From a virus (taxonomy: Duplodnaviria; Caudoviricetes), in the IMG/VR virus record IMGVR_UViG_3300041402_000369, positions 1 through 45,902 of that record: DNA of 45,902 nt. The stretch is one strand, 5' to 3'. Below the pieces are notes generated by a model that saw nothing but the letters and a program-made list of their open reading frames with translations, was not told the origin of the DNA and ran no database searches. The position numbers were made by a program, and so were the translations under genes. This document shows positions 18,861-28,543 of the stretch, in pieces; within the stretch, counting starts at the first letter, position 1, and each line of letters starts with the position of its first letter.

Positions 18861-19352
18861 ATGAAAATCAGCGAAAAAGATATTGATAGATTCAAGGAGA
18901 TAATTGGCCCAGTGTGCAAAAAGCTTGACATTAACCAAGAAGAAATAAACGCGCTGGCTCTGGTCTTGAAAGAGAGTTTAGTCGGCAACCCCCAAAAAAT
19001 CCAAGGCTACACCGCCGAGCAATGGCAGGAGATTATTGATGGTGGGTACTTGTGTGAGTTTTCTATGGTCCCGCTTGGTATTGGTGGTCATACAAGAATA
19101 GGGGAGTTGTGTGTCCTCCACCATGCTGATGGTAAATTATGGTGGGCCAGCAAGAGAGATTCGAACCAGTGGTCACACTGCCGCCCAGCCCAATTAAAAG
19201 GCGTTATGCGGCCTATTTTTGTGGAGCCGGTTGATAAGGAGACTGCGCATTGCATGTTTTTCAATAAAGAAAGTTCGGTATTCAATCAAGCATGGGTATG
19301 GTGGAGAGAAAGAGAGGAATATCAACTAGCAACCAAATACATCGAGGTATAA
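18861..19352 (+). CDS. hypothetical protein
   Basis: GGAGG SD; TTGACT promoter-like element at 18788. Confidence 0.65.
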   Translation: MKISEKDIDRFKEIIGPVCKKLDINQEEINALALVLKESLVGNPQKIQGYTAEQWQEIIDGGYLCEFSMVPLGIGGHTRIGELCVLHHADGKLWWASKRDSNQWSHCRPAQLKGVMRPIFVEPVDKETAHCMFFNKESSVFNQAWVWWREREEYQLATKYIEV

Positions 19353-19356
19353 AACC

Positions 19357-20445
19357 ATGAAAACCGCACTCAACATCTTTCTCATCATCGCACTATTTTT
19401 ATTCACGGCCTGCGGAGGAGGCGGATCAACCGTAATATTACCACCAACCGCGCCACCACCAGAACCGGACCCAACCCCGGAAACCAGCCGGACAATTTTC
19501 GTCTATGATAACCAAGCCCCTGAAATCGGCACCTCAGACGGAGAATTTTACTATGAACTCGCTCAAGAGAAAGCAGCAAACGCCCGGAGCGGGTTTATCT
19601 CAATCGGAGATATTCTCCACGGCATTGACGACACAGGCGAATCAATTATCAGCCAACGCCTGCCGACAGCACCAAATAAAATAGCCATCTCAGGCCAAGA
19701 TATATGGTGTTTCAAAAATATTCACGATGCCATGTCGGGCCGTGATTATACCGAAATATGGCTCAATAATTCACAGTATGGCAACTGGACGGACAACCGA
19801 TACACCGTGGCCGAGGCGATTGTGACAGATTCAGGCGACATTATCGTGCTTGATACCGGCGGTAAATACCGGAACATCCTTGAACCGGCGATGGTGGTTA
19901 ATTATGCGGGGCATGGTGGGATATTGATCCACTCGATCGACGTTGCAACCCACAGGGCTAATATCGACGACACCCGCGTAGCATTTTCAACTAATTATTT
20001 TTTCGGTGCCAAGCAATGGGTTGAAGCTGACGGGGTTTACTACTCATGGAATGGCTACACATGGGATGGCACCACGTTAACCGAACGTGCCACGATCATG
20101 CACGAATTTGTCACTTCATGGTGGGCAGACCGGCCCGTGCTGGTTCCGGTTGGTTCAAGAATTGAGCATGGCGAGGCCGTCACGTATTGGATTGAGTGTA
20201 ACACCGGCTGGATGTACCGCCATACTCCTTCTATTGATAGCCTTGAGGTGGTCGCCAGGTTGTATCAAGGTAGTGGTGACCGGTCGGACGGATTGGCCGC
20301 TAGGGGTGAAATAAAGCCTGTGCTGGTTAGCGGATATGATGGTGATAATTTGTATTTCGGCTGGGACGGCACGATCTGGAAGTATAATTTTAATGATGCG
20401 CTGGTGAGTAGTTTCGCGGCTGGCGTTGAGATTTGGAAATTGTAG
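19357..20445 (+). CDS. lipoprotein with Pro-rich linker and beta-rich domain
   Basis: signal peptide with FTAC-GGGG lipobox, then PPTAPPPEPDPTP. Confidence 0.75.
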   Translation: MKTALNIFLIIALFLFTACGGGGSTVILPPTAPPPEPDPTPETSRTIFVYDNQAPEIGTSDGEFYYELAQEKAANARSGFISIGDILHGIDDTGESIISQRLPTAPNKIAISGQDIWCFKNIHDAMSGRDYTEIWLNNSQYGNWTDNRYTVAEAIVTDSGDIIVLDTGGKYRNILEPAMVVNYAGHGGILIHSIDVATHRANIDDTRVAFSTNYFFGAKQWVEADGVYYSWNGYTWDGTTLTERATIMHEFVTSWWADRPVLVPVGSRIEHGEAVTYWIECNTGWMYRHTPSIDSLEVVARLYQGSGDRSDGLAARGEIKPVLVSGYDGDNLYFGWDGTIWKYNFNDALVSSFAAGVEIWKL

Positions 20446-20454
20446 GGCATGTCA

Positions 20455-20484
20455 AGCCCCCGAACCAATCAAGGCAAGGGGGCT
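20455..20484. terminator. hairpin between the early and late arms
   Basis: AGCCCCC...GGGGGCT between convergent stops. Confidence 0.55.
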
Positions 20485-20490
20485 ATTTAA

Positions 20491-20922
20491 TTAAATCCCT
20501 TCCACATCAATAATCGCCTTAAGCCCAACCTCATCACTGCAAGCGTCAATAGCAACCTGGATGTCGTCATATTTGCCACGAATAACCGCTCTGGCAGTCT
20601 CAGCGGCGGCATTATCGGCACCGGGTATCTGCCTCATAATAACATCGTCATGCGGGGCAAACTCAAGGCCACGAGCAACACGTCTGCGGTCATGTGTAAT
20701 TTCTTTGCACTTTGTTATATCAAATCCGATCTTTTTTACCTTGTCGAATTTCCAGCCGTTGCGAAATGTCCGATCAGCCGGTATCTTATTAACCGAGACA
20801 ATCTCAGCCGTCAATCCCTTCGGCACGTCTTTTTTCACAACATCTTCGATTGAAATCTCACCGGTTGGGATAATGATCCCGATGCTGCCGTCTGTATTTT
20901 TTACAATTATTCTTTGGTTCAT
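20491..20922 (-). CDS. tail-fibre-associated (assembly) protein
   Basis: KDVP.G...IPADRTFRN.W family typically found after fibres. Confidence 0.65.
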   Translation of the reverse strand: MNQRIIVKNTDGSIGIIIPTGEISIEDVVKKDVPKGLTAEIVSVNKIPADRTFRNGWKFDKVKKIGFDITKCKEITHDRRRVARGLEFAPHDDVIMRQIPGADNAAAETARAVIRGKYDDIQVAIDACSDEVGLKAIIDVEGI

Positions 20923-20932
20923 GGTTTCTCCC

Positions 20933-21949
20933 TTATCTAAATATTGCAGAGTAGCACCCGGTTAAATCGGTTGCGGTTGTGTTGAGAACGTATCTTACCC
21001 TGTAGTCGCTGTCCGATACGGATATAACCTCGATGGTGGTATTTTGCAGGGTTGCCCCGAAATTACCCCCGGCCACCACACACCCTGACCCGTCAACCAT
21101 GCTTTCTGTTAAATTAACAGTGTAATCACCGGTGTCATTGTCTGTAATGCTTGACACATTGAAAGAACCATTGATAGACGGGGTGCCTGTTCCGTCAAAA
21201 CTAATCCATGCTTTCGCCGTATTAATCGCATTCTTAGGCCCGATATCAACATTGCCACCCATGCCCTGAATAGTGCTTGGATTTGTTGCCCACGCTCCGG
21301 CAGTCGCCTGCGTTGACTCAATAAATCCGACAACCTTAAACGGCACATTTGTTCTAACTGTGGTGGAATAAATTACATTGGCTGCATCAGCAGCACCGGC
21401 CCCGCCCTCGGCAACGGTTGTGATTCTGGTCGTTTCATCAAGGTTATTGCCGCCAGCGAGATTTACAACTGCAAGCTCTACTGTCCCGGCATTATCAATG
21501 GCAAGAACGGCTATGCGGCTCTGGATACCGTTGACAGTCCCAAGCGTTGACCCTGAAGATACGACCACGTTAATAGCGGCAGTCAATATCCTGTTGTTAA
21601 CGTCACCACTGCCGAGAGTAGCCGACCTGAAATCCAGATAAGTAGGATTAAGAGTGACGGTCATGGCGTTTGCGGCAAGAGAGGCATCAATGGGTTGAAT
21701 TTTCTCGCCACCGATTAATCTTTTCAACCCTATCACTATATCGCTAAGACCAGGACCCGCCAACTCGGTGCTTCCGCTAGGGGTTACGCCTGTTTCGTCA
21801 AGGAGGGCTTGCATCCACCCCAACTCTTCATTGATGCCCTCTGCGATGTATTCAAATCCGTCCGTCGCGCTCGGCCCAGAAGCATCGACTGCTAACGTAT
21901 CAGGGAAAACCCCCGACGTATTTACATGTGAATTTTCAAATTTTTTCAT
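20933..21949 (-). CDS. tail fibre protein
   Basis: follows baseplate genes; AKAW..FDG....I..SFNVSSITD..TGDYTVN C-terminal domain. Confidence 0.8.
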   Translation of the reverse strand: MKKFENSHVNTSGVFPDTLAVDASGPSATDGFEYIAEGINEELGWMQALLDETGVTPSGSTELAGPGLSDIVIGLKRLIGGEKIQPIDASLAANAMTVTLNPTYLDFRSATLGSGDVNNRILTAAINVVVSSGSTLGTVNGIQSRIAVLAIDNAGTVELAVVNLAGGNNLDETTRITTVAEGGAGAADAANVIYSTTVRTNVPFKVVGFIESTQATAGAWATNPSTIQGMGGNVDIGPKNAINTAKAWISFDGTGTPSINGSFNVSSITDNDTGDYTVNLTESMVDGSGCVVAGGNFGATLQNTTIEVISVSDSDYRVRYVLNTTATDLTGCYSAIFR

Positions 21950-21980
21950 CGTTGCACCTCGTTTTATTTCTTACCATGAA

Positions 21981-22766
21981 TTATACAAAATTAATTATCA
22001 ACCCAGCCCATGAGTGAATGGGCTTATATTTTAAAATTATACGCTTAAATGCTTGCTCCTGAATCAACGGTACATCGGCCAGCTGTATTTCCGTTAGCGC
22101 CCCTGATCCATCACGGGTAGCATCGCCACCAACAAAAAACACAAGAGGCCAATCGCCTGGATCAGTCGGGATATTGTATGTTATTTCAGTTCTTTCAAGG
22201 TCTTCATATTCACCGGCCCCGTGACTGGCTCCGGCATACAGATTGCCTGCCACCGAGGTAACTATTTTTCTGGTCGTGAAAATCTCACCATTTACCAGTA
22301 GTTCTCCTCCAACCTTACCGGCAAACGCATCTGACCGACCAGCATATGAATTAAAGCCAGCTGCCACCATCTGGAAATCTTGATCAAGAAAAATAGCGGG
22401 GTCAACGGCGGGGCTATTTGAATGAACTTGAACATCGAAGCCTGCGACATCAAGAGCGTTTTGCAGATTGTCAAGCCCGCCATTACTCGACCGATTATAA
22501 ACAACTGGCGTCAACTGGTCACGCCTCTGCTGTTCCGTAAGGTCTGGATTGGTGAAAACCCCGAACTCTTTTTCAAGGTCGGCAAGAAAAGGCGTAGTGG
22601 CCGGGTTGCGAATCTCAGACAATTCCTTGAGATAAAGCCTGATTATCTCCCAATTTTCGGCTGACCCGTCAAGTAATTTATCGAGGTCTTCGGCTGGTGC
22701 TGGATTCCACGCACTACCACGAGGCCAGATCGTATCTATGACTGAGCGCATTAAATCAGACATCAA
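21981..22766 (-). CDS. baseplate wedge protein (Mu gp48/YmfQ-like)
   Basis: P.GSAW, NPATT..L.D.E..FG, KP.HS; synteny. Confidence 0.75.
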   Translation of the reverse strand: MMSDLMRSVIDTIWPRGSAWNPAPAEDLDKLLDGSAENWEIIRLYLKELSEIRNPATTPFLADLEKEFGVFTNPDLTEQQRRDQLTPVVYNRSSNGGLDNLQNALDVAGFDVQVHSNSPAVDPAIFLDQDFQMVAAGFNSYAGRSDAFAGKVGGELLVNGEIFTTRKIVTSVAGNLYAGASHGAGEYEDLERTEITYNIPTDPGDWPLVFFVGGDATRDGSGALTEIQLADVPLIQEQAFKRIILKYKPIHSWAGLIINFV

Positions 22767-22946
22767 TTAAACCTCATGTCAAGATCGTGCGCCCTTTGCC
22801 TCAATGGCATTATTCTTTTCATTTCTTCACGCCATGTGGTTTTTCCTTTCAGAATACGCTTAATATTCATGTTTAGGCGTGGATGAAATTCGTTTCTACG
22901 AATAATCAGATTAAACCAACACCAATCACAAGCATTTCTCCACAAT

Positions 22947-24122
22947 TTAAGCATAAACAATCCCACCGACAGCAGCGTTTTTAGCAGTCTCGCCCTGCCC
23001 CAGCTGATACTCAGGAATTGACCCACCAGAAACAATATCAAAGGCCACGGACTGAGCCGATCCACCATTAGCCTTTAAAACATCCTGCACCACGTCTGAA
23101 ACAGTCAGGTCAGTAATCAGGTCGTTTCTCTCAATCGGAGCGTCAATGCCGTCAACAAATGGCCTCAATCCCCTGAAATAAGATACTATCTGCGTATCAA
23201 TTTCATCCTTGACGGCGGTTTCGATTGAGGCATCAACGGTCAGACCGGTAATCCTTACAAAAAACTCTGTGCGAGTGATTGGCTCGACAAATAAAGTATC
23301 ATCGGTCAGGCCCAGCGGTTGACGTGACAGGCCGGTATCAGGATCGGTTGTGATTGAATCACGGACATCATCAAGCAAGCTCTGCGGCGGTATTCCATCA
23401 GGGTCGATTGCCACGGTAGATTCAACGTAAACAGTGCGCTCCGGCGGCGAACCTGAACCGGCAGGATCACCGGCATACGGATAAGCCCTTGCAACCCCTG
23501 CAACTTCTTGGCTCCAGTTACGATAATCAGCGGCATTACCACCACCACCGGGAGCGCGGATAACATCAAGGATACGTGTTCGCCAATCCTCAAGGTTTTC
23601 TTGATCGGCTCCGGTTGTCTGTGTTGCCGTGACGGTTGCGACTGTCTCTGCCCCTGCAACTTGGGTGTCAATCGTCAGCGTGTCTTGTGCCGGAATCAGG
23701 TCGCCAGTCGTCCCGGCATCTTGCGCGGTGAGTGATAATGTGGCAATGCCGCCGGTTGTCGTTGCGGATGAATCGAGGCTATATCTGACCCCGTTTGAAT
23801 CACCTACAAAGGTTCGCGTGGCTGGAATAACGGTTGGGTCAGTGCCGGGAAGCTCTGCGGTTAGAACAGCGGCAACGGCTGATTTACGGGGTACACCGTA
23901 TTCATTGCCAAGATCGGTTAAGCCTTCTTCGTCTGCGGTGGTGGCTAGATTCTGTTTTGCTTTGAAGATGCCATATTTATAGAGTGATGTGAACAGAATG
24001 GCCTCTTCGGCTGACACGACCTTGAGGAAGGCTTTATCGTTAAGCGGTGAGGTCTGATTAAGCTGGGCCTCGAAACGGGCTAGATTCTGCTCAAATATGT
24101 CTATTGTTGGAGGTATGTTCAT
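22947..24122 (-). CDS. baseplate J-like protein (Mu gp47)
   Basis: TADEE.L, GAD.E....R.RI, GG...DY..W..EV.GV.RAY. Confidence 0.9.
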   Translation of the reverse strand: MNIPPTIDIFEQNLARFEAQLNQTSPLNDKAFLKVVSAEEAILFTSLYKYGIFKAKQNLATTADEEGLTDLGNEYGVPRKSAVAAVLTAELPGTDPTVIPATRTFVGDSNGVRYSLDSSATTTGGIATLSLTAQDAGTTGDLIPAQDTLTIDTQVAGAETVATVTATQTTGADQENLEDWRTRILDVIRAPGGGGNAADYRNWSQEVAGVARAYPYAGDPAGSGSPPERTVYVESTVAIDPDGIPPQSLLDDVRDSITTDPDTGLSRQPLGLTDDTLFVEPITRTEFFVRITGLTVDASIETAVKDEIDTQIVSYFRGLRPFVDGIDAPIERNDLITDLTVSDVVQDVLKANGGSAQSVAFDIVSGGSIPEYQLGQGETAKNAAVGGIVYA

Positions 24123-24218
24123 TTAATTATTCCTTGATAAAGACTATGGCACACCCAACAATGAGCAGCACCCAGAAAATACATCCTGTCCAGTAAAATA
24201 TATCGTGGATTATCGCCA

Positions 24219-24653
24219 TCAACTCAACCTCTCGCTTGCCGGATCAACAGCCTGACTAATCCAGTTCTGCCCGTTACTTATCAGCAATATCTCTACTTCA
24301 CTGCCTCCGGGCGGTTCGATTAAAATTCTAACCTCAGTTCGCCATGATTCAGGATTACTCGCCACGGCGGTTACGGTTCCGAAAATGTCAGCTTTTAAAG
24401 CGGCCACGGCGGTCTGTTCGATTCTGGATAAACTTGATAGCGTAATCGGCCCACGGGCTAATTTTTCAAAGTCTGAGCCGATTTGTGACTGTGGTTTTAA
24501 TAGATGATTCCCCGGCCAGCCTTTCTCTGTGAATAGGGAAATCAGGGCTTGATTGTGTACGCCTGCATCCATAGCAGGCTGGCCCCCTGTAAATACGAGG
24601 GTCGCGCCATTCTCAGTTATTTTTATGGCTGGGTCGCCTTGGAAGATGTCCAT
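24219..24653 (-). CDS. baseplate protein (Mu gp46-like)
   Basis: D.G.....ISLFT..GWPGN.....IGS motif; synteny. Confidence 0.8.
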   Translation of the reverse strand: MDIFQGDPAIKITENGATLVFTGGQPAMDAGVHNQALISLFTEKGWPGNHLLKPQSQIGSDFEKLARGPITLSSLSRIEQTAVAALKADIFGTVTAVASNPESWRTEVRILIEPPGGSEVEILLISNGQNWISQAVDPASERLS

Positions 24654-24810
24654 TAATTAAACGCCTCATAGTCCCACGCATAATGCAAGGCTTTAGTCAT
24701 GTCATCATCGGTATGCGAATCTATTTCCTTCCGTAAATCTTCAACAGAAAGCGCATTTAGTTCTTGAAATACCTTCTCAATGGCTTCATTTAATCTGGTC
24801 TTATAATCAC

Positions 24811-25323
24811 TCATGGCAACAACACCGTATCAACTTTAGCCCCGGAAATATCCAAACCCAACGGAGCATTAGAAGGCGTTCCGGTGCTACCGGAAACCGG
24901 ATCAGGGTGAGTGTGAGCGTCATATTTGCTATTCAAACTTGTCACCATGCTCTCCAAATTCGTAAACCTCACAGCAAAATCAGCATTCCCATTCAACTCC
25001 AAATTCCCACCAGCCAGAAAATTAATAAATGCAGCAATCGCCCCAGCACTGTCACGGCTGTAAAGTTTCTTCTCACCGGCACCCATTGAAGCGGCGTTGT
25101 CCTGATCCTCGACAGCAACAGCAAATTTAAACGCTGGCCCGATTGAAAATATCTGGACCAAATCGCCGTTGATCGGTGCTGAATCTTCACCAGCCGCGCC
25201 CATATATTGAACGGTCTGAATATCTGACTCATTGGAAATCTGAACCTGTAGCAGCCTGGCAGCGATTGAGCCGTCACGGTTGGTTTTGATTTCCTGGCCT
25301 GTTATGGTTCCGATTTGTGGCAT
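24811..25323 (-). CDS. baseplate spike (Mu gp45-like)
   Basis: GEKKLYS; C-terminal HTH(P) metal-binding tip; synteny. Confidence 0.8.
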   Translation of the reverse strand: MPQIGTITGQEIKTNRDGSIAARLLQVQISNESDIQTVQYMGAAGEDSAPINGDLVQIFSIGPAFKFAVAVEDQDNAASMGAGEKKLYSRDSAGAIAAFINFLAGGNLELNGNADFAVRFTNLESMVTSLNSKYDAHTHPDPVSGSTGTPSNAPLGLDISGAKVDTVLLP

Positions 25324-25575
25324 TTATTGTTCCGGTGACAGCACTTGCTTTGACTGTATCTTAACGTCCAACCTGTTTGTTATTGTGGAGAGAGTGTAGT
25401 CTGATATTGAATACTTGAATGAATTAAGCCTGCCGCACCCCTTACATGTGTAATCAAACTCAATATTGTCAACATTATTTTCGTCTGTTATTAAAACAGT
25501 TGTTCCGCATGTGCAATTGACAAGATTTCTGTATCCTTTAATTTCTATTTGGTCACCATCGAATTTTATTACCAC
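25324..25575 (-). CDS. small Zn-ribbon protein, Com-like
   Basis: VNCTCG...YTCKGCGRLNSF. Confidence 0.45.
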   Translation of the reverse strand: MVIKFDGDQIEIKGYRNLVNCTCGTTVLITDENNVDNIEFDYTCKGCGRLNSFKYSISDYTLSTITNRLDVKIQSKQVLSPEQ

Positions 25576-26804
25576 GGCTCAACAATCTCCCCTTGAGTAT
25601 AAACAGTTGGCGGCACGAAACTCAGCACACTTGACCGCCCGTTAGGCCCTAAAACATACTCTACCCTATTTATTAAAAAATCAAAACCCTGCGGTAAAAA
25701 CATTGACTTACTAATAACCGTCACAATCTCATTCTCTGCCCACGGTTCGCCATTGTCCTTATACCAGCCTTCGACGGTTAACTGGAACGATAACGCATCA
25801 GCCAGAGTCTTATTCCTTGCCCACTCAGCAGCGGCCTTTAAATTACCTGATTGCGATTCGTTGGCGGTTATGTCCTTGAAGCGGGTACGGGGTACTTTCT
25901 GGTCGGTCGCTAATCCTTCTGAATTTCCCAATGGAGACTGTGACGTGGCACGGTAGACGTTAAACCGCTGCCTACCGTCGAACGCTGAACCCCAACCGGT
26001 AACGCCGAGGGTAACGCCTTCCTCAAGTGTTGCGACGGGTACGCCGTCTGTATTGGCTTGGGTGACGACTAAATCGGTGCCGGTATTGCAGGACAGTAAA
26101 ACTGATCGTTGACGGGCTAATCCTGACAGGAAAGCAAATATCCCTTGCCCTTTGGTGGCAACTACCCTGTCGAATTCCCCGCCGGTATCAGCCTCGAATA
26201 TCACGTTAAATCCAAGCGGCTTGACTATCTCTATTATCAGGTCTTTTAATGTCTTGCTATTGTGTTCATAGGGCGGCTTCCATGTCGAATCGACCAGATC
26301 AGCGGTTGCTGTTGCGCCGGACAGATTTAAAACAGTGCCTTGAGATATAACAGGTTCAGTCCCGTACAAAATGCCGGTGACTATCGGGGTGCTACCTATT
26401 GAGGCGATTGCTGGCGTGTAGGAATAAGGGGCAACAAGGTCGTCCAGACCGGTATCAATCCCAGGTTCCCACGGTATCGTACACTGAAACCCATTTGCCA
26501 CCAAGTCCATCGACCTGATTAAACGTGCCGCCATGGGCCTGATTATGCGCCCGTCAAGGTTTAAAAATATGCCGTTTTGGTCTTGGTTCCCGGCTGGTGA
26601 TGGGGGTAATTGTCGCTCCGGCAGAACGGGGATTAAAATTGTTTCGCCGGGGAATATTAAATCGGGGTTGCCACTGCGGAGAATAGTTTGGTTGGCGTTC
26701 CAGATACGAATCCAGAAAGTCGCGTCACCATAGGCGCGTTGGGCCACCTGTGACAGCGTGTTTTCATCTTGGATTGTGTATTGTTTGCCGGGGGTTGGTT
26801 GCAT
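25569..26804 (-). CDS. baseplate hub (Mu gp44-like) with N-terminal LysM
   Basis: YTI...TLS.VA..AYGD...W.RIW.AN......NPDLIFPG; true start likely ATG 26804. Confidence 0.85.
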   Translation of the reverse strand: MQPTPGKQYTIQDENTLSQVAQRAYGDATFWIRIWNANQTILRSGNPDLIFPGETILIPVLPERQLPPSPAGNQDQNGIFLNLDGRIIRPMAARLIRSMDLVANGFQCTIPWEPGIDTGLDDLVAPYSYTPAIASIGSTPIVTGILYGTEPVISQGTVLNLSGATATADLVDSTWKPPYEHNSKTLKDLIIEIVKPLGFNVIFEADTGGEFDRVVATKGQGIFAFLSGLARQRSVLLSCNTGTDLVVTQANTDGVPVATLEEGVTLGVTGWGSAFDGRQRFNVYRATSQSPLGNSEGLATDQKVPRTRFKDITANESQSGNLKAAAEWARNKTLADALSFQLTVEGWYKDNGEPWAENEIVTVISKSMFLPQGFDFLINRVEYVLGPNGRSSVLSFVPPTVYTQGEIVEPW

Positions 26805-26813
26805 TATCTGGGA

Positions 26814-26878
26814 ATTATAAATTATTTTTGGGAAAATGTAAAATAATGGTTGACTGGTTGTGTATCGTTGTGTAGTGT
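26814..26878. promoter_or_regulatory. back-to-back sigma70 promoters
   Basis: minus: TTTACA-17-TATAAT (26842-26814); plus: TTGACT-17-TAGTGT (26850-26878). Confidence 0.7.
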
Positions 26879-26920
26879 GTGGGTAATGAAGCAACAATTA
26901 ACCCCACAGGAGGAAGTAAG

Positions 26921-27247
26921 ATGTATAACGAATGGATTTCAGGCGGCAAAGTAGAATCTCATCCCAACGCTAACTATGTTACCTTTCACATGCGGCATGA
27001 GATCACAGGCCAGAGGGGTTATTATAGCACTGAATATGCAGTAGATGATAAACACCTTGGGCCGAGGGAAGTTCCATATTTAACCATGGTAACCATTAAA
27101 GCTATCCAGAGCATACCCGGTGTGCGAAAGGTTTTGGTTTCCCCATATAAAATAAGTGTAGTAAAGGCTGATGCTTTCACATGGGGAGAACTTTACCCCG
27201 CAATTAAACTTGGAATGTCAAAATACCTGCCTGCTCGGTATCACTGA
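26921..27247 (+). CDS. stand-alone NifU/Nfu N-terminal-like domain protein (moron)
   Basis: HPNAN..TF...I..IPGV..V......I.V.K.....W.EL.P.I pattern; AGGAGG SD. Confidence 0.65.
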   Translation: MYNEWISGGKVESHPNANYVTFHMRHEITGQRGYYSTEYAVDDKHLGPREVPYLTMVTIKAIQSIPGVRKVLVSPYKISVVKADAFTWGELYPAIKLGMSKYLPARYH

Positions 27248-27254
27248 CACCGCA

Positions 27255-27276
27255 CCCCCGGCTCACACAGCGGGGG
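27255..27276. terminator. hairpin closing the moron
   Basis: CCCCCG-GCTCACACAG-CGGGGG. Confidence 0.6.
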
Positions 27277-27279
27277 CAA

Positions 27280-28542
27280 TCACAAATAAACCACAACCTC
27301 TTTACCAACCGGCAACAAATAATTTTCATCACCGGTCAGCTTATTACTCGAATAAAACAAACTAATATTAAAATCATCCTCACCCGGCCCGCCATACTCC
27401 TGCATGGCAAGCATCACCGGATTAGCAGCCTCAGTCAAAATAATCCGCTTCTCAACCGACAAATCGAACACAGACTTAATCAGGTACGCCACGGTTAATC
27501 CGACCATCTGAGCCGCATCTGGATAGCTGTCTGACTGACTAAAATACGACCGGCTGAGCAATTCATCCGAATAAATCTCCTGAATCACATCCAACCCATT
27601 CGTAATCGTGTCAAATAACGCTAAATTGCTCTCGATGCTGTCAATAACCGCCTGCCTTGACGATAACGCCGAAGATACAGAAGCCACGCCAACAGCCCCC
27701 AAGGCAGCGGTCAGCCCCATTTCCTGAACAGCGGCGGTGTTAATACCTGCCGGTGAAGCCGCTTCCGGTGATATTCCTAAAATCAGATCGGCGAACCGGC
27801 TATAAGTCTCAATCTTGGCATTTATATCATTCACAACCAGATTAGGCAATGCAACCAACGCTTGAATTTGCCCCGCTATGGACAAAACGTCTATAGGTGA
27901 ATCAGCCAGCACCACATCAATGCCGCGCTTGATACTGTCGGCCTGTGCCTGTACCTCGGCCACCGTGTCGGTAATATTCGCCAGCGTGAGGTCGAACGCC
28001 GTGACGGTATTCTCAACCGCTGTTTTAAATTTCCCGGCTTTGTCGGCGGTGTCCAGTGACGTGACGTTAAATATTTGATCGGTTCCGGTGGATTGTAGGG
28101 CAATATCCTGCGCTTTGGCGAGTCCTGATAACTGCGCTGCTGATACCTCGCCTGAATCGCCGGTTACTTCAAGCCATTCGGTGGTGATTGTCGTGATATT
28201 CCCAGACGTGACCGGCTGCACTGCCTCGGAATATGATACCAATTGCAGGGTTTTCTCGCCTTTGAGTGGGTGAATTACTTGCCATGATCCGCGCTCGGCC
28301 AATGCCACCACGAATTTCTCAGAATCAAGATCGTTGTCCGGGCCGTCAAAATAGATTGTCAGGGGGTATGTGGTCGCGCCTAATTCTAAATCCTGAATTT
28401 TAACGCCTTTAACGCCTGGGGTCTTGAATATGCCGAGGTCTTTTTCTTGGCTGCGGGGGTTGCCGATCCATTTGGCCGTGAAGACAAGGCCAGACGGTGA
28501 GGTTAGCGTTATTTGTGGCTGTAGGCGGTCTTGGTAGCTCAT
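27280..28542 (-). CDS. tail/DNA circularization protein (Mu gp43-like)
   Basis: MSY.DRL N-terminus, QDL.LG motif, helical middle; synteny. Confidence 0.75.
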   Translation of the reverse strand: MSYQDRLQPQITLTSPSGLVFTAKWIGNPRSQEKDLGIFKTPGVKGVKIQDLELGATTYPLTIYFDGPDNDLDSEKFVVALAERGSWQVIHPLKGEKTLQLVSYSEAVQPVTSGNITTITTEWLEVTGDSGEVSAAQLSGLAKAQDIALQSTGTDQIFNVTSLDTADKAGKFKTAVENTVTAFDLTLANITDTVAEVQAQADSIKRGIDVVLADSPIDVLSIAGQIQALVALPNLVVNDINAKIETYSRFADLILGISPEAASPAGINTAAVQEMGLTAALGAVGVASVSSALSSRQAVIDSIESNLALFDTITNGLDVIQEIYSDELLSRSYFSQSDSYPDAAQMVGLTVAYLIKSVFDLSVEKRIILTEAANPVMLAMQEYGGPGEDDFNISLFYSSNKLTGDENYLLPVGKEVVVYL

Positions 28543-28543
28543 A

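Noticed and set aside
20491-21949. Invertible tail-fibre cassette
   Set aside because: No invertase, inverted repeats or second fibre tip seen.
26805-26920. N-terminal extensions of track ORFs 25569-26897 and 26879-27247
   Set aside because: They run through the divergent promoter region; starts at 26804 and 26921 fit better.
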